64,000 bases of DNA from assembly GCA_050950765.1 (NCBI GenBank), contig JBMNIF010000002.1, positions 480,001 through 544,000 on the forward strand, in the 5' to 3' direction. The notes below the pieces were generated by a model. That model saw only the letters and a program-made list of their open reading frames with translations. It had not been told where the DNA came from and did no database searches. Below, piece by piece: positions 51,963 to 61,799 of this stretch; the stretch's first letter is position 1, and each line of letters begins with the position of its first letter. The stretch is from Bdellovibrionota bacterium (GTDB taxonomy: Bacteria > Bdellovibrionota_C > UBA2361 > JAAYZI01). The position numbers and the translations under genes were made by a program.

Positions 51963-52415
51963 ATGGTTCAAAGAAGAAAAACAATCCGTCCAAAGGAAAA
52001 TTATAACGAACTTCTCTACTACGGAGACCATTTCTCCCTCCCGATCTTCAGTATCTTTATCTTAGCGCTGGTATCCGTTTCGTTACACGCCTACCTTAAC
52101 GGTTTTGATATCGTTTTACACACTCTACTTTTCGGCGTGGTTATTATACTTTTTTTAGCTTTTTTTAAACTAAAAGTTTTAGTTGATAGAAACTCTATCT
52201 CTCTAATTTACGGGATAGGTTTTTTTGAAGATACTATATTTTTAGGTGAGATCGAAAGTTACGCTATTAAACCTAACCGCTTTATCAGAACTTGGTTCTA
52301 TCTTCCGAATAGCACTTACGTTTTACAGATCCGTTTTAGAGGTGGCGGAAGAGCTTTAATTCCCGCAGAAGAGCCGAAGAAGTTGGCGGCGATGCTTAGA
52401 CTACGTAGCGAATGA
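51963..52415 (+). CDS. Membrane hypothetical protein (two TM plus PH-like domain)
   Basis: Two hydrophobic helices followed by a beta-rich region. Confidence 0.6.
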   Translation: MVQRRKTIRPKENYNELLYYGDHFSLPIFSIFILALVSVSLHAYLNGFDIVLHTLLFGVVIILFLAFFKLKVLVDRNSISLIYGIGFFEDTIFLGEIESYAIKPNRFIRTWFYLPNSTYVLQIRFRGGGRALIPAEEPKKLAAMLRLRSE

Positions 52416-52447
52416 TATTCTTGAATCACTTCTGTTTTTAATAGACC

Positions 52448-53299
52448 TTGCAGATGTTTAATACTGTTTCAAAAAAATTGAAGTTATTATCTACCACCCC
52501 TCCTTGGGAATGGCCGATGGATGTAGATAAAATTTTACTTTCAATTATTACAGATAAAAACACCCCTTTTTCAGACCGTCTGCGTGGAGTAGACCTTGCA
52601 GGAGAGTTATCTGTTATAAATTTAGAACTCGTTCAAGCGCTACAAGATATTATAAGCTCAAAAGATGAATCTTATGAATTGCGTGGTGCTGCCATCTCCT
52701 CCATAGGTGCTATCCTTGAAGAAGTTAGTAGTGCCAATTACCTTAATGAGATAACGTTCATAGACTCTGAAGAAGATCTTATTAAGATTGAAGATCTGCT
52801 AGAGATTAGGGATCTTTTACATAACATCTTTAACGATACTTCTGAATTTGATGAAACTAGACGAAGAGCTTTAGAGAGCGCTGTTCGCACACCAGAGGAG
52901 TGGACTAAAGCCGCAGTAGAAGATGCCTATAAAAGCTCAGACGTTGCTTGGAAAGTAACAGCTCTCTATTGCATGCGTTATTTACCGAACTTTAAAGAGG
53001 AGGTCTTAGCAGAACTAACTTCAATAAATCCCGAGATGAAACGTTACGCTGTTGAAGCCGTAGCGGCACATAAGTTTCAAGAAGCTTGGCCTAAATTAAA
53101 AAGTATTATTTTAAGTGAATACTCAGATAAAGATCTACTTGATAGTGCTATCTATGCAGCCGTTAAAATTAAAGGGTCAACAGATCTCCTTACTGAACTA
53201 CCTGAATTAAACGCTCCTGAACTAAAAGAGATCGTCTTAAGTAGTGCGGCGTTAGAAGACTTTAGTGATACAACAACTTCTGATGCAGATAAGACTTAA
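52448..53299 (+). CDS. HEAT-repeat-like protein
   Basis: ELRGAAISSIG, ETRRRALES, EMKRYAVEAVA repeats. Confidence 0.65.
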   Translation: MQMFNTVSKKLKLLSTTPPWEWPMDVDKILLSIITDKNTPFSDRLRGVDLAGELSVINLELVQALQDIISSKDESYELRGAAISSIGAILEEVSSANYLNEITFIDSEEDLIKIEDLLEIRDLLHNIFNDTSEFDETRRRALESAVRTPEEWTKAAVEDAYKSSDVAWKVTALYCMRYLPNFKEEVLAELTSINPEMKRYAVEAVAAHKFQEAWPKLKSIILSEYSDKDLLDSAIYAAVKIKGSTDLLTELPELNAPELKEIVLSSAALEDFSDTTTSDADKT

Positions 53300-53314
53300 T
53301 CTTTTTCCCTCACC

Positions 53315-53377
53315 TCCAAGCCTAGACGCTTTTAACCTCCGTTAAGATCTAGCCGATTCGTTCCGCAAGTATCAGCC
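53315..53377 (+). repeat. Dispersed intergenic repeat family, single truncated copy
   Basis: TTTAACCTCCGTTAAGATCTAGCCGATTCG...AGTATCAGCC. Confidence 0.8.
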
Positions 53378-53423
53378 ACCTCCAATTTTTTAAGCACTCT
53401 TATCGTCAATTTTAGGTGGCTAG

Positions 53424-54188
53424 TTAGAGAGAGATCTCCAAGCCGTCAAAAGCTGCTCTTGTATTTTCAAAGTCCTGTTTAGCAACTGTTTCCGCTACTT
53501 TTCTTGAAGCAGCATCAGGATAGTGAGTAGGATTAAAGTGCATCAACACCAACTGTTTTGCTCCTGCTTCCTTAGCGATTTTAGCACCATTTTCAGGGCT
53601 AAGGTGTGGCCAATCTCCCACCTCCGGTTGTCCGATAGGGTGTGCGCATTCGGTAAAGAGGAGGTCTGCTCCCTTAGCTAACTTTACACAGTTCTGGCAA
53701 TAGCCTGTATCTGCGACATAAGAGATAACCTTACCTTCCAATTCAATACGGATCCCGATAGTTGGCACTGCATGGCGCAGCGGCTCTACCGTAAAACGAA
53801 AGGGGAAGTCTTCTGTCTTAAACGGTGCTTCAAACACCTTTACATCATAAGGGTATTTTTCAAACTCAACTGAAAAGGGGTATTTAAAGATCTGTTGCAA
53901 TTCGCTTTTTATCCCGCTCTGCCCGAAGATGGTTAACCCTGCCGAAAAATTAAACTTCATTAAAACATTAATGCCGTATATATGATCAAGGTGGGGGTGG
54001 CTGATAAAAAGATAGGTGGGAAGGCTCTGATCGCAATACTTTTCCAAGCGTGAGATGCCGAGTCCAGCATCAAGAACGATAGAAAAACGATCAGTTTTAA
54101 TAAGAAGAGATGTTGTATTACCAGCAGGAGTATCGTACCAACCGTTAGACCCTAATACTAAGGCTTGCACCTGAGCCATATTTCTCAC
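53424..54188 (-). CDS. Metallo-beta-lactamase fold hydrolase, RNase Z-like
   Basis: LDAG, SHPHLDH, YVADT, EC, LVLMHF motifs. Confidence 0.85.
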   Translation of the reverse strand: MRNMAQVQALVLGSNGWYDTPAGNTTSLLIKTDRFSIVLDAGLGISRLEKYCDQSLPTYLFISHPHLDHIYGINVLMKFNFSAGLTIFGQSGIKSELQQIFKYPFSVEFEKYPYDVKVFEAPFKTEDFPFRFTVEPLRHAVPTIGIRIELEGKVISYVADTGYCQNCVKLAKGADLLFTECAHPIGQPEVGDWPHLSPENGAKIAKEAGAKQLVLMHFNPTHYPDAASRKVAETVAKQDFENTRAAFDGLEISL

Positions 54189-54298
54189 CCTTATATTTTA
54201 TTTAAACAACCATATCTTTTACCGTATTTTTTCATAAGAGCAACACTAAAAAATGCTCCTAAAAAAATACGGCGTTATCCAAATTAAAAATCACCGTA

Positions 54299-54793
54299 TT
54301 ATCGATCAGGATACCGTTGAGATCTACTCTTATATTTACTACCGTTTCCGAAGCGTCCACCGGAACTTTTTGCAGGACGTGCTGGATGTTTTTTCTGCGG
54401 CTGCGCCAACTGTTCATGCGACGTTAAAACTGCGCTCTGCCTTGATTCATCAATAGGGAAGGGTAAGTTACGGGGTTGGGACTCATTCCAGAGGTCTTCT
54501 TCAAGTGCAAATTCAATAATTGAAGCGACGTGATCAAGTGGTACAAGTGTAACCTTACCTTCCATGCGATGTCCTTCCTTACCCGTGATCTGTTTTCCCC
54601 TGACGAACTTAGTATCTGCGATAGTAACGATCTCCGGCTCTGTCATGCCGTACCAATGAGAAGATGATTTTGTGTAAAGCATAATAACGGAACCAAGCTT
54701 TACTTCACCTTCTTCCGGAGCTGCCTTTGCAACCTTAGCGGCTGTTTTTGTAGCGGTTTTAGTACCTGTTTTTGCTGTCTTTGCGGCTACCAT
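54299..54793 (-). CDS. Hypothetical protein with Lys/Ala/Thr-rich N-terminus
   Basis: 164 aa ORF with low-complexity basic termini. Confidence 0.65.
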   Translation of the reverse strand: MVAAKTAKTGTKTATKTAAKVAKAAPEEGEVKLGSVIMLYTKSSSHWYGMTEPEIVTIADTKFVRGKQITGKEGHRMEGKVTLVPLDHVASIIEFALEEDLWNESQPRNLPFPIDESRQSAVLTSHEQLAQPQKKHPARPAKSSGGRFGNGSKYKSRSQRYPDR

Positions 54794-54964
54794 AATATCT
54801 GCCTTATTAAATTATTACTAAATTATCACTATTATTTTTATCATTAAATTTATTTCCTCAAGTAGGTAGTGAGGAGTATCAAGATAGGTTTATCGTATAA
54901 GAAGTTATTGAAAATTGAAAGATCTTTGAATTATGCTTTTAATCTAATCAATCTACACCACCTC

Positions 54965-56237
54965 TTAACGTTTTTTTACAAGGAAAAACATTCCTTTGCT
55001 CTGATTATAAGATATCTACTTATAATCGATAAGGTATAGCAGGGAAGGCTCAAACTTTAGATGCGACAGCTGCACTAAGTACAGCCGTCGCATTTCACAT
55101 GGTGTAAGAACTTATCTTCCCTGCTACCGTTCCTTGTTAGGATTCGCATTCCTGCTCGAAGTTAGCACACTCCTTTAAGAGAGTTGCAAGCTCCTTAACT
55201 ACGGAAGGCTTAAGTTTCTTAAGCACTTCTGCATCAATAGTGCGTAGAGCTTTTAAGATCTTTACAAAAGGCTGCAGTACATCTTCTGCCACCTCTTCCG
55301 CAAACTTATTCGCAGAAGTATCTTTGTTGCCGTCTTTAGGAAAAGCTGACGATAGCTTTTTTCCGCAATCCATCAAGGATTCGATTTCAGCCGCGAAGCA
55401 TTCCCCCATATTTAAAGAGGAAAGCTTTTTAAGCAACATAACGAAGTGGCGAATACACTCCAGCAAAGCATCTACAACTTTCCTAGTTGAACTATTTGTA
55501 GGCGCTGAGAGAGCGTCTAAAATCGTCCCTCTAAAACCTTGTAGTGCTTCTGCCCACTTCTCAAAAAGTCCATTCAGAAGAACTCCGCCGTCCTTCTCCT
55601 TTTTCCCTTTTTTGAGAAAATCGAGTATACCTTGAAGAGCGCTATTCAGCTCTTTCTGTGTCACGTTCGGATCTTTCGCTTGTTCAATGATCATTGCGAT
55701 AGAGACTTTGAACCAACAATCACGTTTGGCAATACGTGCAGCTTTGCGCGCATCATCATATGCGCTTTGCCAAGGGGGGGTAGTGATGCTCATAAGAGCA
55801 CCTCCTTTCTATGTTGTAAAACAACCCACAATTTAACTTCGCTCGGTTCGGTAAACCTAGCAAAGTAGGCAGAAAACCTTCTTTATCAACCTTTATCACA
55901 ACACACGTGAAAAGTTTGATATTCTCCCTGCCTTGATGAGGTTAGGAAAACTCTAAAACCATCAAGACAGGAGTTATACCCTTTACATCTACCCTTTAAA
56001 TTGTAAAAAACGGATGCTACTACGTGCTGCTATATGCTATTTACATTAGCAAAATAGTACTTTCGTAAATTAGAACACCTTAACGAGATAAGACACTATA
56101 TTTAAAGCGTCTTTAAACAGTTCCTTATTGTAATCAAGAAAACACCTTTTTTTCAAGTCAGGAAGGGCTTGAAAGGGCTTACCTTTTATTTTGCCTTAAA
56201 TATTTTTGATTGCGTAAAAGGGGTATTTTTAAAGGAA
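54965..56237 (-). repeat. Unit 1 of a tandem ~1.3 kb cassette-like duplication
   Basis: 87 bp identical block (54965-55051 = 56270-56356) and 52 bp identical block (55959-56010 = 57296-57347). Confidence 0.9.
55137..55793 (-). CDS. Uncharacterised helical protein (cassette 1)
   Basis: AGGAGG RBS; MSI...ES; remote paralog of 56443-57168. Confidence 0.8.
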   Translation of the reverse strand: MSITTPPWQSAYDDARKAARIAKRDCWFKVSIAMIIEQAKDPNVTQKELNSALQGILDFLKKGKKEKDGGVLLNGLFEKWAEALQGFRGTILDALSAPTNSSTRKVVDALLECIRHFVMLLKKLSSLNMGECFAAEIESLMDCGKKLSSAFPKDGNKDTSANKFAEEVAEDVLQPFVKILKALRTIDAEVLKKLKPSVVKELATLLKECANFEQECES

Positions 56238-56269
56238 AAAAGCACTATGCTTTTAAGTCATAAGATCTT

Positions 56270-57552
56270 TTAACGTTTTTTTACAAGGAAAAACATTCCT
56301 TTGCTCTGATTATAAGATATCTACTTATAATCGATAAGGTATAGCAGGGAAGGCTCTCAAACTTTAGTTAGGTGCGGCAAGTCACATCTGCAACTTGCCG
56401 CACTTTCCGAAGTGCGAAAACCTCTTCTGCTATCCCTTTTTTTTAGGATTCGCTGGAGTCGTCGTCAGGATCTTCGTAGTCTTCCAATAGATCCTTGAGT
56501 CTCGCTTCCGCGTTGCCTGTGGGATCTTCTACCCCATTAGCTTCACGAAGATACGCTTCAAGACACAAAACGAAACGAAGCATATCTTCCGAGGCATCTA
56601 CGAATTTCTTAACTATAGCAGGATCCGCCGTTTTAAACACGCGTTTCTCGCTGAACAAAGCGCTTAAGAGCCTCTTGAGAGGTTCTACCGTACCTTTTAA
56701 TTCGGTATCCAGAAGCTTCTTAAGCGAAGTTCCTCCCTGATCGCCTTCGCAGTTTTCGAAGAAGCTTTTATACAGCTCCCCATGATAATCCAGCAAGCCT
56801 TTGATCCTCTTTATTGCACTATTCGTGCAGCCTTCTCTCTCAATTACGATTGAGAGAGCATAATCGAAGATCTCCAGCACAGCATCTAAGAACTTCTCGA
56901 CTACTGGAAGAAGGTCAGGCGCATTAAGCGTTTTTTTGTCAGCGAATACAACTTTCCTGATAATTACGCCGAGCTTCTTCAGCTCTTCCGTCATCGCCTT
57001 AAAAAGTCCGTTTACAAGGGCGGTTTCGTTTTCGCTCTTAGCTAACGCTTCGAGGAAGATTGAAATCAATACTTGCAGAGATTTCGTTAGATCGTACGCA
57101 GCTTGAAAAATTCGAGCCTTGTGACACTTACAATTAGGGTCATAAAAACCCTGCTTTTCGATGCTCATATGAGCACCTCCTTCCATAAATTACTTCACTC
57201 GGTAAACCAAGCAAAGAAGACAGAAAACCTTTCACTTCGGTGAAAGTTTAAAGTTTGATATTCCCTGCCTTGATGAAGTTAGAAAAACTCTAAAGCCATC
57301 AAGACAGGAGTTATACCCTTTACATCTACCCTTTAAATTGTAAAAAAACGCACACCCCCTATATATTATCATATCTTAACAAAATAGTGCTTCCGTAAAC
57401 TAGATAAGTCACCTTATTTGGAACATTTTTTAAAATCTCCTCAACTTATTAAATGAGGGAGATCTTTTTTAAGCGCCAAGACCTTGAAAGGATTTACTTT
57501 TAAGTGAGTGTTAAATATCTTCTAATTGTGTCAAAATCATACTTTAAAGGAA
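56270..57552 (-). repeat. Unit 2 of the tandem cassette-like duplication
   Basis: Same conserved flanking blocks as unit 1. Confidence 0.9.
56443..57168 (-). CDS. Uncharacterised helical protein (cassette 2), 241 aa
   Basis: AGGAGG RBS places the start at 57168 (MSIEKQ); shares NGLF and other patches with the cassette 1 protein. Confidence 0.8.
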   Translation of the reverse strand: MSIEKQGFYDPNCKCHKARIFQAAYDLTKSLQVLISIFLEALAKSENETALVNGLFKAMTEELKKLGVIIRKVVFADKKTLNAPDLLPVVEKFLDAVLEIFDYALSIVIEREGCTNSAIKRIKGLLDYHGELYKSFFENCEGDQGGTSLKKLLDTELKGTVEPLKRLLSALFSEKRVFKTADPAIVKKFVDASEDMLRFVLCLEAYLREANGVEDPTGNAEARLKDLLEDYEDPDDDSSES

Positions 57553-57675
57553 CAACGTACGGTCTAAAAACAGACTTTACACCTTCCAGATTGTGATAAT
57601 TTGAATTATTGAAGAGAGCAAGGCGTGCAGCAACCTACTTCGCTTTTATTTTAGAGAGATATAAGGATTTTAATT

Positions 57676-58560
57676 ATGGGAACAGAGAGACATATAAAGA
57701 TCAGGGTCGGCTTAGCTGAAATGTTAAAAGGCGGTGTAATTATGGATGTAGTTACTCCGGAACAGGCTAAGATTGCAGAAAATGCCGGTGCTGCTGCCGT
57801 GATGGCGTTAGAAAGGGTTCCGGCTGATATTAGGAGAGATGGCGGTGTAGCCAGAATGGCTTCAATAGACGTTATTGAAGGGATTAAAAGAGTTGTAACT
57901 ATTCCGGTTATGGCGAAGGTCAGGATCGGTCATTTTGTTGAAGCTCAAGTTTTGCAAGCCTTAGGGGTGGATTTTATAGATGAAAGCGAGGTGCTAACCC
58001 CTGCCGATGATAAATTACACATCGATAAGTTCGCCTTTGATACGCCTTTTGTCTGCGGCGCTAGAGATTTAGGCGAAGCATTAAGACGTATCAGTGAGGG
58101 TGCTGCTATGATTAGAACGAAGGGTGAGGCTGGATCCGGCAACATCGTTGAAGCAGTGCGACATATGCGTACCGTCATGAGTCAGATTAAAGCGTTAAAA
58201 GGCTTAGATGATGCTGAGTTAGTGGTGCGTGCTAAAGAGTTGGGAGCATCATACGACCTTCTTAAAATCGTAGCGGATCAGGGGAAACTACCCGTTCCAA
58301 ACTTTGCAGCGGGAGGAGTGGCAACACCGGCTGACGCCGCTTTGATGATGCAGCTTGGTGCTGAATCTGTTTTTGTCGGTTCCGGCATCTTTAAATCAGA
58401 AGATCCAGAAGCTAGAGCAAAAGCCATTGTAAAAGCCGTAGCACACTATAACGATCCGCAAGTATTGTTAGATGTTTCACGTGGATTACGTGATGCTATG
58501 CACGGAATTGAGATCTCTACCTTAAAGCCAGAAGAAAAACTTCAAGAGCGAGGGTGGTAG
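57676..58560 (+). CDS. pdxS: Pyridoxal 5'-phosphate synthase lyase subunit
   Basis: [44 protein letters not shown]. Confidence 0.97.
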   Translation: MGTERHIKIRVGLAEMLKGGVIMDVVTPEQAKIAENAGAAAVMALERVPADIRRDGGVARMASIDVIEGIKRVVTIPVMAKVRIGHFVEAQVLQALGVDFIDESEVLTPADDKLHIDKFAFDTPFVCGARDLGEALRRISEGAAMIRTKGEAGSGNIVEAVRHMRTVMSQIKALKGLDDAELVVRAKELGASYDLLKIVADQGKLPVPNFAAGGVATPADAALMMQLGAESVFVGSGIFKSEDPEARAKAIVKAVAHYNDPQVLLDVSRGLRDAMHGIEISTLKPEEKLQERGW

Positions 58561-58580
58561 AAAGTAAGTTGAAGGGTGTA

Positions 58581-58608
58581 AGCGGCAACCTTTTTTAAAG
58601 TTGCCGCT
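58581..58608. terminator. Hairpin between convergent genes
   Basis: AGCGGCAAC-N10-GTTGCCGCT; no clear U-tract. Confidence 0.55.
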
Positions 58609-58751
58609 GATATACTCCCACCCTACCAACCTAGACGCTTTAAAAACGCTTTAAAAAAACTTCTCTGCTACACAATAAACAAAAATCACCACCACCATGA
58701 CAGTTTTTTAAAAGCTTCGCTTTAAAAAAACTTCTCCAAACTACTCGAAAG

Positions 58752-59639
58752 CTAGGGGCACAGTTGCTGATTTAATATATTCAACAAATTTTTATGCAGC
58801 GCCCCCTTACCATTTGATGCAACGATATAACCTATCCTTGGTTCTATATTATTATAACTAATAGGACGCCCCCTCTCATCAGTCACCTTTCCCCCCGCCT
58901 CTTCTACAAGAAGCGTAGCAAATGCTATATCCCAAACCTTATGTCCGCACATTTTAATAATAGAGCCATCAATATTACCGTTAGCGACAGCAATTAACGA
59001 CTCTGGAGTTTCATCCAACCCCAACTCTTTTACCTTATCTTCCTCCAAACTTTTAAAGGGGGAAGAGGGTAATTCACAAAATACAGTTGCAACTTCTGCT
59101 TTTTTAATATTGCTGATTTTAGAAACTTTAAGCTTTGCATTATTAGCAAAAGATCCACCTCCTTTTATAGCTGTAAAGATAGCCTCAAAAGCAGGTTGCG
59201 CCAGTATGGTATGAGTTGCCTCAAAGTTTTCTAATCTAGTGAGTGAAATAAGATAATACGGATCCCCCTCCACAAAACGTCTAGTATGGTCTAACGGATC
59301 AAGGATCCAAACTGGTTCAGATGGGAACTTTTTACATCTTTTCAGGAAACTAAGATCTTCTTCACTAATACACCCTTCATGCGGATACCGTTCTGATAAA
59401 AAGCGCATAATCTCTTCTGAAGAATATCGATCAGCAACCGTTACACAAGATCCATCTTCTTTCTCTTCGATGGGTAAATTTTTGTGATTTCTCCTCATCA
59501 TCTCTAAGTGTTTAGCAACAACACCGATATGTTCTATCAACTCAGGAAAAGAAGTAGCTACATAGCGCTGCGTATGAAAACAAGCGTTTACTAACTTAGT
59601 AAAAGATGAAGCAGGAATTTGTTTTAAGGAACCCATCAT
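58752..59639 (-). CDS. Inositol monophosphatase / CysQ family phosphatase
   Basis: VTVADR, SEE, WILDPLDHT, WDIA, VEEAGG. Confidence 0.88.
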   Translation of the reverse strand: MMGSLKQIPASSFTKLVNACFHTQRYVATSFPELIEHIGVVAKHLEMMRRNHKNLPIEEKEDGSCVTVADRYSSEEIMRFLSERYPHEGCISEEDLSFLKRCKKFPSEPVWILDPLDHTRRFVEGDPYYLISLTRLENFEATHTILAQPAFEAIFTAIKGGGSFANNAKLKVSKISNIKKAEVATVFCELPSSPFKSLEEDKVKELGLDETPESLIAVANGNIDGSIIKMCGHKVWDIAFATLLVEEAGGKVTDERGRPISYNNIEPRIGYIVASNGKGALHKNLLNILNQQLCP

Positions 59640-59752
59640 ATCTAAACAAGGTATACTAAGGCACAGGCTCTATTATCACCCCTCTTTATAAGTTCATTAC
59701 ATATTTCACGGCAGCTACTTCAAAGGAGTAGCATCTCTTAGAAAAAAAATTA

Positions 59753-61507
59753 TCATACCGCTTCAGCACCTTGAATCTGAAGTTGAATCTCTAAGAGACC
59801 GTTAAAAGAGTTTAGTGTAGGACGACACGCTAAATTAACCACGCCCCCCCGTTTTATAGCAGGATGTGAAGTTTGATTCCAGAGTAACGCCGGAAGGGTG
59901 CGTTTTCCATCCGACACCAGAGCCTTTAAATGTGTGCTTTTTAAGGTAAATGTCTCCACTATACGTAGATTTTTCAATAAGATCACAGGCGCAGGATTGC
60001 CTATGCCGTAAGGGGTAAAGATAGCAAGCTCATCGATAATTTTAGGTGTTAACTCTGATAGATCCGCTACGGTATCAACTTCACAGATCGGAAAAAGATC
60101 ATCGGGGCTAAGTTGTCTTTCTGCTTCATTATTAAAAGCTATACTAAAAGCCGAGATATTTTTTTCATCTAACGAAAACCCTCCGGCACCGACATGACCG
60201 CCGTAACCTAGTAAATAATCCGCACAATTTTTTAAAGCTTCAACAACATTAAAACCTTTAATACCACGACAAGATCCTTTAAAAACTCCATTCTCATCAG
60301 ATCCGATAATAGCAGTCGGACGGTAAAAGGTCTCAGCGATACGTTGTGCTACAATCCCGACTACACCTGTATGAAAACTTTTATCACCTACCACGATACC
60401 GTACGGCAAACGTGTCATTAGCGAGATACGAAAGGCGACCTCTTTTTTTATTTTTTTCTCGAGATCTTGACGTTCAGCATTCAAACGATCAAGTTTATTT
60501 GCTAAAGAATCAGCTCTTTTTCGATCTGATGTTGTTAGAAGTTCAATCACCATCTCGCCGCTCGACATCCTTCCCGCTGCATTGATTCTAGGCCCCACAC
60601 CGAAAGAGATATCAGTAGCGCTAAGATTTTTTTTAACACCACTTACATTTAATAAAGCTCTTAAACCCACCCTCTGTGTAGTGTTTAAACGCTCCATGCC
60701 ACGCTTTGCGATTACTCGATTTGCTCCTAATAGCGGCACCATATCGCAGATCGTTCCCAAGCAGGAGAACTCCAGATAATCTCTAACATCAACAGCGGCA
60801 GCTTGCGGTAAAAAAGTTCTAAGTGCCGCTATAAAATACCACGTTAAACCTGCAGCACATAATTGCAGATCTGAAAAACCGCACCCCTCTTGCTCCGGAT
60901 TTATAAAGCTATCAACCTCAAGTGGCTTTGTCCCGAGGTGATGGTGATCGATAACGATAGTTATTAAGTCACGCTCTTTTGCATAAAGAAGTTCGGAATA
61001 ATTTGTAGAGCCGAAATCAAGAGCTAAAAGGATACCGCAGCCCTCGTCAACTACTTCATCTATCATCCTTTTATTTAAGCCGTAACCTTCTGTAAAACGA
61101 TCAGGCACAAAGACTTTCGCCTCAATCCCGATCTCAGAAAAAAATGTTTTCAACATAGCTCCGCTACTTAAGCCGTCAACATCAAAATCGCAGCAGATAG
61201 CTATGGTTTTCCCACGCTCCAGCCCTTCCTTTAAGATTAGGCAAGCTTCACTAAGATTTTTTAATTTATCAGGATGCGGCAGATCGGAACGTAAAGTTGA
61301 ATCTAAAAATGATCGCAGCTCTTCCCCAGCCTCAAACCCACGTGCTGCCAAAACTCGCGCCGTTAACGGAGAGAAATTAAATTCTTTTTGTATTTTTTCA
61401 ACGGAATCGGTATTTGGTGATTTTACCCTTATTTTTTTTAGAAGGGGCAAAGGCTTTAATACTTCTACCCCTTCAAACACCATCTCTTCACAACAATTAT
61501 TCATCAT
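59753..61507 (-). CDS. recJ: ssDNA exonuclease RecJ
   Basis: DFDVDG, IDHH, GTICDMVPL, PRINAAGR, GGH. Confidence 0.95.
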   Translation of the reverse strand: MMNNCCEEMVFEGVEVLKPLPLLKKIRVKSPNTDSVEKIQKEFNFSPLTARVLAARGFEAGEELRSFLDSTLRSDLPHPDKLKNLSEACLILKEGLERGKTIAICCDFDVDGLSSGAMLKTFFSEIGIEAKVFVPDRFTEGYGLNKRMIDEVVDEGCGILLALDFGSTNYSELLYAKERDLITIVIDHHHLGTKPLEVDSFINPEQEGCGFSDLQLCAAGLTWYFIAALRTFLPQAAAVDVRDYLEFSCLGTICDMVPLLGANRVIAKRGMERLNTTQRVGLRALLNVSGVKKNLSATDISFGVGPRINAAGRMSSGEMVIELLTTSDRKRADSLANKLDRLNAERQDLEKKIKKEVAFRISLMTRLPYGIVVGDKSFHTGVVGIVAQRIAETFYRPTAIIGSDENGVFKGSCRGIKGFNVVEALKNCADYLLGYGGHVGAGGFSLDEKNISAFSIAFNNEAERQLSPDDLFPICEVDTVADLSELTPKIIDELAIFTPYGIGNPAPVILLKNLRIVETFTLKSTHLKALVSDGKRTLPALLWNQTSHPAIKRGGVVNLACRPTLNSFNGLLEIQLQIQGAEAV

Positions 61508-61640
61508 AAGTTATCTTTTAACACAGAACCTCTCCTCGTTCATCTCCTTTACTGACTTCTCTTTCAACTAAATTTCTCCAGTGTGAAAAATCTAAGATAT
61601 TGGAATATAAGAAGAAGTTTTTAAGTATTTTTATCCACTG

Positions 61641-61775
61641 GGGACAGCAGAACGGGCTAATACTGAAAACTGAATTGGCTAGTTTTCTACGAAGGTTAAA
61701 GTGCCGCCCTTCAGGGACGATTGAGCGGTCTGCTACTAAAAACTGAATTAGCTAGATCTTTACGAAGGTCAAAAA
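61641..61775 (-). repeat. Dispersed intergenic repeat family, 2 degenerate tandem copies
   Basis: GGGACAGCAGAACGGGCTAATACTGAAAACTGAATTGGCTAG...ACGAAGGTTAAA and a second diverged copy. Confidence 0.85.
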
Positions 61776-61799
61776 TATTCTTGTACAATCTTGAAAATA

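Noticed and set aside
55930..55960. Hammerhead ribozyme (TTGATGAG...GAAA) or Cas9-type repeat (GTTTTAGAG on the minus strand)
   Set aside because: The core is not CUGANGA with proper stems; the 9-mer is changed in unit 2 and no array or cas9 is present.
57169..57186. Longer start (MEGGAH) for the cassette 2 ORF
   Set aside because: These codons are the RBS region conserved with unit 1; the ATG at 57168 is the homologous start.
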